From Candidatus Fervidifonticultor sextus (GTDB lineage: Bacteria > Sysuimicrobiota > Sysuimicrobiia > Sysuimicrobiales > Humicultoraceae): a stretch of 64,000 nt of DNA. The DNA is taken from contig JAVKHQ010000001.1 of assembly GCA_031459875.1 (NCBI GenBank), positions 128,001-192,000 of the forward strand, written 5' to 3'. The position numbers and the translations under genes were made by a program. The notes under the pieces are model-generated. The model did no database searches. It was not told where the DNA came from and worked only from the letters and a program-made list of their open reading frames with translations. Every line of letters begins with the position of its first letter. Within the stretch, counting starts at the first letter, position 1. Positions 53,352 through 60,198 of the stretch are shown piece after piece.

Positions 53352-55007
53352 TCACAGGGTCGGCCTCGAGCTTTGGTGGCGCGTCAGCCTGAACACGGTG
53401 ACGCCGTTGAAATCGGCCACGGCCCGGAAATCGTAGATGTCCTTCAACAGGCCGCGGAGCCTCTCCATCGCCGCGCCGGGCAACGGCTGCGTCGTCACCA
53501 GCCACATCACTTCGTGTTGCGCCGCATACGAGCGGAGGATCTCCAGGTTCCGCTCCACGAGGGCCGGATCCGGGCGGATCTCCGCCTGAATCCGCCCGTA
53601 GAACTCCTGGGGGGTCATGTGTTCGACCCGCTGCGACCCCTTGAAGTAGTAGGCAAGCGCAATGCGCCCGAAACTGGGAAAGGCCACGATGAGGTCGTCC
53701 GGTCCTGCCTGCCTTGACAGCAACGCGGCGGCCCGACGCCAGTCGAACCGGGCGTATTGGGGATTCGTATAGACCTCATGCAGGGTCCAGGCGTTGATCC
53801 CGAGGTAGGCCAGCACCAGCACCAGCAGGCCCGCCCGCCGCGAGGGGACCGGCAGCCACGCGCTCAGCCGAAGCATCCCGAAGGCGACCAGCAGCGCAAA
53901 GGCCGGGAAGGCGAAGGAGAAGTAGCGCGGGTAGAAGACGTTGAACCGCAGCGAGAAGACGAACGCCACCACGACCGGCACGCCGAGATAGCCGGCCAGG
54001 AGCCAGAAGGTGCGGGGGCGCCGCCAGACCGCCGCCGATCCGAGCGCGAGGAGCCCGAGGAACGGCAGCAGGACCATCAGTTGCCTGGTCACCGTCGCCG
54101 TCCCCAGGCTGAAGTAGTCCGCAAAGCCGAAGAGGTGCCCGCCGAAGCTGAACAGGCCGACCAGGCCGGTCAGCATGCCCACGCCGACCGGTGGCCGGAA
54201 GAACGGCCAGCCCCTGCCCGAGGCCAGCGTGGCGAAGAACTCGTCCAGCCACGGCGCGAACAGGACGACGGCGGCCAGCAAACTGACCAGCCACGCCTGG
54301 CGCCGGCGGGGCGCGGCGACGAGCACGAACACCGCCTGGCCCGCCAGGGTCAAGAGCGCAAAGTAGTGCGTGTAGAGCGCCAGCACCGTGGCGGCGACGT
54401 AGAGGGGCCACGCCCGCCGGTTCCCCTCCGCCGCGCCGAGCAGCGCCGACCACGAGACCACCGTCAGGAACCCGAGCAGCGGGTACATGCGGGCCTCCTG
54501 CGCCGCGAGGACCTGGAGGGGCGCGATCGCCGCGAGGAACGCCGCCACCCCGCCGACCCACGGGCCGCCCAGCCGCCGGCCCAGCCACCAGGTCGCCCCG
54601 ACGGTCAGGCTGCTCGCGGCGGCACCGAGGGACCGCAGCGCGGCTTCGCCCGTGCCGAAGAGCCGGATCCACACCGAGAGCAGGACGTAGTAGAGCGGCG
54701 GGTGCACATCGTCGGCGGCGGCGAACGCGACGACGTCCTGCAGCGGCCGGGCGGCGGCGAAGAAGGCGTAGGCTTCGTCGAACCAGAGGCTCTTGGCCCC
54801 GATGGACGCGAACCGGAACACCGCGGCCAGCAGCACGCACGCCGCCGCGGGCCCCCAGGCCCGCCAGATGCCGGCCGCGGACCCGGCCAGCCCCCGGGCC
54901 TCGCGGGGTTGCACCAGACCGGCGGTCGCCTCCGCAGCACGCCCTCCGCGCCGGTCCGAAAAGGGGAAGTGGCCCCCAGTCGGGCCACTTCCCGCCTGCG
55001 CGTTCAC
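53352..55007 (-). CDS. GT-C (GT39/ArnT-like) glycosyltransferase downstream of pilin 1
   Basis: 'LWFDE', 'DVHPPLYY', 'AQEARMY', 'YTHYF', 'PRYF', 'DWR'; start uncertain. Confidence 0.85.
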   Translation of the reverse strand: MNAQAGSGPTGGHFPFSDRRGGRAAEATAGLVQPREARGLAGSAAGIWRAWGPAAACVLLAAVFRFASIGAKSLWFDEAYAFFAAARPLQDVVAFAAADDVHPPLYYVLLSVWIRLFGTGEAALRSLGAAASSLTVGATWWLGRRLGGPWVGGVAAFLAAIAPLQVLAAQEARMYPLLGFLTVVSWSALLGAAEGNRRAWPLYVAATVLALYTHYFALLTLAGQAVFVLVAAPRRRQAWLVSLLAAVVLFAPWLDEFFATLASGRGWPFFRPPVGVGMLTGLVGLFSFGGHLFGFADYFSLGTATVTRQLMVLLPFLGLLALGSAAVWRRPRTFWLLAGYLGVPVVVAFVFSLRFNVFYPRYFSFAFPAFALLVAFGMLRLSAWLPVPSRRAGLLVLVLAYLGINAWTLHEVYTNPQYARFDWRRAAALLSRQAGPDDLIVAFPSFGRIALAYYFKGSQRVEHMTPQEFYGRIQAEIRPDPALVERNLEILRSYAAQHEVMWLVTTQPLPGAAMERLRGLLKDIYDFRAVADFNGVTVFRLTRHQSSRPTL

Positions 55008-55026
55008 GTCCTTCGAGCGGCCAGGT

Positions 55027-55473
55027 CTAGGGGACGACCTGCGACCGCGAAGACGACCCGTCCCCGCTCAGGGTCAGCGTGATGCTGGACCCGCTGGCAA
55101 GCACGCCACAAATGGATCGGGCGCCTGTGGCCGGCGTCTGGGCCCGAAGCTGGATATCCGTCGCCGAGCCGGCGGCAGCCAACGTGTAGTCCCAGCATCC
55201 ACCGCTCGGCGCCGTGAAGCCGAAGGCCGAGGCGAAGTTCCCCGCGCTCAGGCCGACCCAGGTGCCGTACTGCTGGTAGTAGGCCCACGCCAGCGTCTTG
55301 AGTTCCTGCAGCACGTTGTCGCCCTCCGCGATGAGGGAGCTCTTGCGCGCCCCCAGGTAGCGCGGCACCGCCAGCGCGATCAGGATGCCGAGGATGGCGA
55401 GCACGACGACCAGCTCGATGAGCGTGAAGCCGCCCTCGCGCCTCCGCTGTCTGTTCCACCAGAATCTCAGCAC
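55027..55473 (-). CDS. pilA: Type IV pilin (probable major pilin)
   Basis: EGG|FTLIELVVVLAILGILIALAVPRY; strong AAGGAGG RBS; two C-terminal Cys. Confidence 0.92.
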   Translation of the reverse strand: MLRFWWNRQRRREGGFTLIELVVVLAILGILIALAVPRYLGARKSSLIAEGDNVLQELKTLAWAYYQQYGTWVGLSAGNFASAFGFTAPSGGCWDYTLAAAGSATDIQLRAQTPATGARSICGVLASGSSITLTLSGDGSSSRSQVVP

Positions 55474-55744
55474 TGCGAATCCCTCCTTCACACCGACTGC
55501 GTGATCCTCTATCACGAAACGATCAGACCAGGGTCTTCCTCTCTCCGGCTCTCGTTCCCGACCATCCCACCTCCCGACGCCCGACATCCCCATCGGTCGC
55601 GCCGCGCGCCGCGCCCGGTGCGACCCGGCTCACGGTTCTCTATGCCCACTCCGCGCGCAACCTAGACACCGCCAGGAGGTGACCGTCGCGCGTTCCACCA
55701 GACCCCGCGTGATGCGCGCGAGCCGGTGTCCGGAGGCTCCTGTG

Positions 55745-55772
55745 GTTCTGCACGGCACACCACCCTTCCTCC
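55745..55772 (-). promoter_or_regulatory. SigH-like promoter motif upstream of pilin 1
   Basis: GGAGGA-AGGGTGGTGTGCCGTGCA-GAAC (AGGA-N18-GAA) about 270 nt upstream of the start. Confidence 0.4.
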
Positions 55773-55959
55773 TCCAGGGAACTGTTGCGGAACCTGCGCG
55801 GACCTTCCCCTCATGGATGGCACCTCTCCCGGCCCGGCAATTGCGCCCGGGCAGCCGATGCCATGGTTGCGGAGACCGGTCGCGCCTGAGGGGCGAGGGA
55901 GCCGGCAGACTGGCGCGGTGCCGACCCCTCGGGTATGATCCGTTCGAGGAGGGCCACCC

Positions 55960-56328
55960 ATGGCGATGGACTCGGTGGATGTCCGGCTGGCGCGGCTCGA
56001 GGGCAGCGACCAGCAGATCGACAGGCGGCTGGGATCCATCGAGGACCGGCTGGGGCGGCTGGAGACCAAAGTGGATGCGGCGGTCGACCGGCTCGACGCG
56101 AAGATCGATGCTCAGGGCCACACGCTCAGCGCCCGCCTCGACGCTCTGGGTACCACCTTCAGTGCCCGCCTCGACGCTCAGGGCAACGCCCTGGGTGCCC
56201 GCCTCGATGCTCAGGGCAACGCCCTGAGTGCCCGCCTCGATGGGCTCGGCGGCCGCGTGCACGCCCTGCTCTACGGCATCATCGTGGCCATCCTGGTGCC
56301 GAGCCTGATCCGGATCTTCTTCCCGTAG
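55960..56328 (+). CDS. Small coiled-coil protein with 11-residue repeats and C-terminal TM anchor (DUF1640/CCDC90-like)
   Basis: GAGGAGG RBS; ARLDAQGNAL[G/S] repeats; hydrophobic C-terminus. Confidence 0.75.
   Translation: MAMDSVDVRLARLEGSDQQIDRRLGSIEDRLGRLETKVDAAVDRLDAKIDAQGHTLSARLDALGTTFSARLDAQGNALGARLDAQGNALSARLDGLGGRVHALLYGIIVAILVPSLIRIFFP
56131..56240 (+). repeat. 33-bp in-frame tandem repeat
   Basis: gcccgcctcga recurs at 56131, 56164, 56197 and 56230. Confidence 0.85.
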
Positions 56329-56330
56329 TT

Positions 56331-56750
56331 TCAAGACTGCGCGGCGGGGTGGCGGACCGGGTACCCGTGTGCGGCGGCATTCCGGATAAAGCGCTCGTCC
56401 AGCGTGTAGAGGGGACACCCTTCACTCAGGGCCAGCGCCAGATATGCTGCGTCCTGGGTGCGCGAGACCCCAAGGGCTCGGGCCAGGTGTAGCGACCTGA
56501 CGTGGAGGTCCCTGGGGGTGCGCAGCGTGACGCGCAGGCGGAGCGCCTCGGCCAACGCCACCTCGGCGTCCTCGGCCAGGACCTGTCCGCCGGCTTCGAG
56601 CCGTCGGATGGCCGTGGTCAGCTCGAAGGGCAGCAGGTGAGGGGCGAGGGCTTCGGTGAGCCCGCGCATCCATGCGCGCACTTCAGCATGATCGGGCCCT
56701 CCAGGCAGGACGGCCCGCACCAGCACGGAGGCATCGAGGACGGCCCTCAC
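56331..56750 (-). CDS. vapC: PIN-domain (VapC) toxin
   Basis: AVLDAS, APHLLPFE, DAAYLALA, LYTLDERF. Confidence 0.9.
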   Translation of the reverse strand: MRAVLDASVLVRAVLPGGPDHAEVRAWMRGLTEALAPHLLPFELTTAIRRLEAGGQVLAEDAEVALAEALRLRVTLRTPRDLHVRSLHLARALGVSRTQDAAYLALALSEGCPLYTLDERFIRNAAAHGYPVRHPAAQS

Positions 56751-56759
56751 AGCCCCTGC

Positions 56760-57068
56760 TCAGGATCGCCGCGGACGGCGTCCGGACCGTTCGTCCCGCG
56801 TCGCCGTGATGGCATCCACGAGAGCGTGCGTCGCGACCGATGCCCCGGTCGCGGCCAGCCGGGCAATGGTGGGGCCTGTGGCCTCGATCCACGCGCGCGG
56901 AGGCAGCGTGCCCTCATGGGCGCCCGCATCCTCGAGAAACCGCCTGACGGCCTCGCGCACGATCGCACTCATTCCCGGGGCCACCGGAAACGCCTTTCGG
57001 TACTCGGTGAGGTCTCGGTGGAGATCCCCACCAAGGTATATCGTCGCCTCCGGGCGACGCTTTCGCAT
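56760..57068 (-). CDS. Putative RHH-like antitoxin
   Basis: ATIYL...MSAIVREAVRRFL; immediately upstream of the PIN gene. Confidence 0.7.
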   Translation of the reverse strand: MRKRRPEATIYLGGDLHRDLTEYRKAFPVAPGMSAIVREAVRRFLEDAGAHEGTLPPRAWIEATGPTIARLAATGASVATHALVDAITATRDERSGRRPRRS

Positions 57069-57087
57069 CGGGCACCACTCAGGGTGG

Positions 57088-57123
57088 ATTCTACCAGATA
57101 CGTGGGATACATGGGAACCGTGG
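57088..57123 (-). promoter_or_regulatory. Antitoxin promoter (TGGTAGAAT) with three 9-bp direct repeats
   Basis: Plus strand gatacgtgg/gatacatgg/gaaccgtgg (57097-57123) adjacent to attctacca (57088-57096). Confidence 0.55.
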
Positions 57124-57174
57124 CCTTCCGAGACGATACACCCAGGGGACCGGGCCCCCGTGTGCGGCAGCGGT

Positions 57175-57225
57175 GTTCGGATGGTAGCATGGTTCGGATG
57201 GTAGCATGGTTCGGATGGTAGCATG
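57175..57225 (+). repeat. Perfect 17-bp tandem repeat x3 (gttcggatggtagcatg)
   Basis: Units at 57175, 57192 and 57209, ending 14 bp before the MNT start. Confidence 0.95.
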
Positions 57226-57239
57226 ACCGGGGGTGGCGC

Positions 57240-57659
57240 ATGGACCTGACAGCCCAGCAGGCCGAAAGGCTGGCCCAGGTTGCGGCGCGGTTCGGGCTGC
57301 GGCTCATCGTGGCCTTCGGCTCGCGGGCCACGCGGCGCGTCCACGCGGGCAGCGACCTCGACCTGGCCATCCTGCCGGCTCCGGGCCGGGAGATCGGATT
57401 CCGTGAGCTCGCCGACCTGCTCGCGGACCTCTTTGCCATCTTCCCGGATGCGGACGTCGACCTCGCCCTCATCCCCCACGCCGACCCGCTGTTCCTCAAG
57501 AAGATCTTCGAGACGGGGGTGCTGCTCTACGGGGACGCGGTGGAGTTCCGGCGCTACCGCGTCTACGCCTTCCGGCGGTACAGCGAGTACCTCCCGTACC
57601 TGCGGCTGGAGGAAGCGGCCACCAGGGCGCTGGTGAGGCGGCTTTGCCATGCCGATTGA
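57240..57659 (+). CDS. mntA: Minimal nucleotidyltransferase antitoxin (MntA-like)
   Basis: FGSRAT...SDLDLA (GSx10DxD), DVDL; overlaps the HEPN gene. Confidence 0.88.
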   Translation: MDLTAQQAERLAQVAARFGLRLIVAFGSRATRRVHAGSDLDLAILPAPGREIGFRELADLLADLFAIFPDADVDLALIPHADPLFLKKIFETGVLLYGDAVEFRRYRVYAFRRYSEYLPYLRLEEAATRALVRRLCHAD

Positions 57660-58077
57660 TCGGGAGGTCCTCGTCCGGAAGAGCACCCTCATCGCCGAGG
57701 ACCTGGTGCGCCTCCGGTCGTTCGCCAACCTTCCCGTTGAAAACTACCTGTCCCGCCTGGACGCCCAGTTGGCCACGGAACGCCTGCTGGAGCGCATGAT
57801 CGGCCGGATGCTGGATGTCAACTACCACATTGCGGTGGAACTCGGCGGCGTCGCGCCGAAGGACTTCTTCGAGTCATTCCTCAAGATGGCCGAGCTGGGT
57901 GTCCTCCCGTCGGAGTTCGCCAGGCGGATCGCGCAGGCGGCGGGGCTACGGAACCGGCTGGCCCATGAGTACAACGAGATCGATCCGCGCCAGGTCCACC
58001 AGGCGGCGGGCCGGGCGCTGGCGGACATCCCCATCTACCTCGACCACCTGCAGCGGTTTCTCGACGCCATCCGCTGA
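57649..58077 (+). CDS. hepT: HEPN (DUF86) RNase toxin, HepT-like
   Basis: RNRLAHEY (Rx4HxY) motif; paired with MNT. Confidence 0.9.
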   Translation: MPIDREVLVRKSTLIAEDLVRLRSFANLPVENYLSRLDAQLATERLLERMIGRMLDVNYHIAVELGGVAPKDFFESFLKMAELGVLPSEFARRIAQAAGLRNRLAHEYNEIDPRQVHQAAGRALADIPIYLDHLQRFLDAIR

Positions 58078-58245
58078 GGAGCACAAATTCAGACGCCGGC
58101 GGAATCCTGGCCGTCCGATCGAGGCCCGAAACCCGTCTCCGGGGCAGCCGATGGACTGTCTGGGCGGGAGAAGATCAGGCCGCCTGCAGCAATTTGACAG
58201 CGGCCTGGCACATTTATACGATCGGGGAGCAGGAGGTCCGATCCG

Positions 58246-58956
58246 ATGGCGCGTGAGGCGCGCATAGACCGCCTGGAGGCGGCGCTTATCCGGGTCGCCG
58301 AGGCGCAGGCGCGGGCCGATGAGCGCACGGCGCGGCTGGAGGAGTTCCAGGCGCGCACGGAAGAGCGTCTGGCCCGGCTGGAGCAGGCCATGCTCCGGGC
58401 CGAGGAGCGCCTGGCCCGCCTCGAGGACGCCGTGGCCGCCCTGGCCGCCGCCCAGACCCGCACCGAGGAGCGCCTGGCCCGCCTCGAGGACGCCGTGGCC
58501 GCCCTGGCCGCCGCCCAGACCCGCACCGAGGAGCGCCTCGGCCGCCAGGAGGAGGCACTGCTCGCCCTCACGCAGGCGGTCGGCCGGTGGACGGAGCTGT
58601 TCGGGTTCACGCTCGAGGACCTGGCGCGGGAGGTCGCTCCGGCCTACCTGGCCCAGCACTTCGGCATCCGCGTCGAGGCGCTCGACCGCCGCTTCTTCCG
58701 GCTCGACGGCCAGGAAATCGAGGTGGACCTGTACGGAGAGGGTCGGCGCGACGGCGAGGCCGTTGCGGTGGTCGGTGAGGTCCGGAGCCGCATCTACGGG
58801 CGCGACGTCGAAGCCGCCTTCAGGCAGGCAGAACGTCTGGCGCCGCAACTGCCCGGGGCCCCGGTGGCGGTCCTCTTCGGGTTCGTGATTCACCCCTCGG
58901 CCCGGGAAGCGGCCGCCCGGCTGGGGGCTGTCGTCATCTCCTCGTCAGGGCGATAG
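58246..58956 (+). CDS. Coiled-coil repeat protein with C-terminal PD-(D/E)xK-like domain
   Basis: AGGAGG RBS; RTEERLARLE repeats; 'EVDLYG...VVGEVRSRI...DV'. Confidence 0.78.
   Translation: MAREARIDRLEAALIRVAEAQARADERTARLEEFQARTEERLARLEQAMLRAEERLARLEDAVAALAAAQTRTEERLARLEDAVAALAAAQTRTEERLGRQEEALLALTQAVGRWTELFGFTLEDLAREVAPAYLAQHFGIRVEALDRRFFRLDGQEIEVDLYGEGRRDGEAVAVVGEVRSRIYGRDVEAAFRQAERLAPQLPGAPVAVLFGFVIHPSAREAAARLGAVVISSSGR
58402..58538 (+). repeat. Perfect 63-bp tandem duplication (about 2.2 copies), in frame
   Basis: 58402-58464 identical to 58465-58527; encodes EERLARLEDAVAALAAAQTRT. Confidence 0.92.
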
Positions 58957-58971
58957 GGTGCCTACCGAAGC

Positions 58972-60189
58972 CTACCGTCCCCCCGTGGCCAGCTGGAAGA
59001 TCGGCAGGTACAGCGAGATGACCATCGCGCCGACCACGACCCCCATGAAGATGATCAGCATCGGCTCCAGCATCGAGGTCAGGCTGGCGACGGTGGTCTC
59101 GACCTCCACGTCGTAGAAGTCGGCCACCTTCTCCAGCATCTGCTCCAGGGCGCCGGTCTCCTCCCCCACCTTGGTCATCTGGACGACCATGGGCGGGAAG
59201 ACCCCGGAGAACTGCAGCGGGATGGCAATCGACTGCCCCTCGCGGATGCTGGCCCGCACGGCGTCGATGGCCCCGCCGATGACCATGTTGTCGATGGCCT
59301 TGGCGACGACCTCGAGCGACTGCATGATCGGCACGCCGCTGGCAATCAGCGTGCCGAGGGTACGGGTGAAGCGCGCCACCACGATCTTGCGGTTGAGTTC
59401 GCCCAGCACCGGCATCTTGAGTTTGAACCGGTCGTAGCGGAGGCGCCCCGTCGGGGTCTGCAGGTATCGGCGGAGGACGTAGCCGAGGGTGGCGGCGATG
59501 AGAATGCCGATGTACCAGAACCGGCGAATGGCCACGCTGGTGGCGATGGCCATCTGGGTCGGCAGCGGCAGGGTCCCCGACCCGCCCAGTTCCCGGAACA
59601 GGTTCTCGAACTGCGGCAGGATGACGATGGTCATGAAGAACAGCCCACCGAGCGCTGCGACGGTGAGCAGGACGGGGTAGACCATGGCCGAGCGGATCTT
59701 GCTGCGCAGCGCCTGCTCCTTCTCCAGGTACGTGGCGACGCGGTTCAGGACCTCGTCCAGCACACCGCCGGTCTCGCCGGCCTTCACCATGTTCACGTAG
59801 AGCGACGAGAAGGCCCTGGGGTGCTTGGCCATGGCGTCCGACAGCGGCCGGCCGGCCTCCACGTCCAGCCGGATCTGGGTGATGATCTCCTTGAGGCGGC
59901 GGTTCGTGGTCTGCTGCTCCAGGATGTTGAGCGTGCGCACCAGCGACAGGCCCGAGTTCACCATGGTGGAGAACTGGCGGGAGAAGATGGCCAGGTCCTT
60001 GAGGCCGATCCCAAACAGGCCCTGCAGGTACTGGAAGACGTCGGTCCGCTCGACCGTCCGTTCGAGGTTCGTGATGAAGAACCCCATGTCGCGCAGCCGG
60101 TCCACGACCATGGCGTCGTTGTCGGCCTCGATGACGCCCGAGATCAGGCGTCCGGTGTTGTCCTTGGCACTGTACCGGAAGACGGCCAT
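58972..60189 (-). CDS. pilC: Type IV pilus inner-membrane platform protein
   Basis: FSRQFSTMVNSG, AGETGG, RSAMVYP, GEETG.L..ML, LEP, YLPIF. Confidence 0.96.
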   Translation of the reverse strand: MAVFRYSAKDNTGRLISGVIEADNDAMVVDRLRDMGFFITNLERTVERTDVFQYLQGLFGIGLKDLAIFSRQFSTMVNSGLSLVRTLNILEQQTTNRRLKEIITQIRLDVEAGRPLSDAMAKHPRAFSSLYVNMVKAGETGGVLDEVLNRVATYLEKEQALRSKIRSAMVYPVLLTVAALGGLFFMTIVILPQFENLFRELGGSGTLPLPTQMAIATSVAIRRFWYIGILIAATLGYVLRRYLQTPTGRLRYDRFKLKMPVLGELNRKIVVARFTRTLGTLIASGVPIMQSLEVVAKAIDNMVIGGAIDAVRASIREGQSIAIPLQFSGVFPPMVVQMTKVGEETGALEQMLEKVADFYDVEVETTVASLTSMLEPMLIIFMGVVVGAMVISLYLPIFQLATGGR

Positions 60190-60198
60190 GGCGGCGTC

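Noticed and set aside
52793..55473. Electrically conductive pilins (aromatic WAYYQQYGTW stretch)
   Set aside because: Aromatics are clustered centrally, the pilA1 C-terminus has about 50 aromatic-free residues, and there are no cytochrome genes nearby
57175..57225. Possible CRISPR array
   Set aside because: 17-bp repeats are contiguous with no spacers, and there are no cas genes
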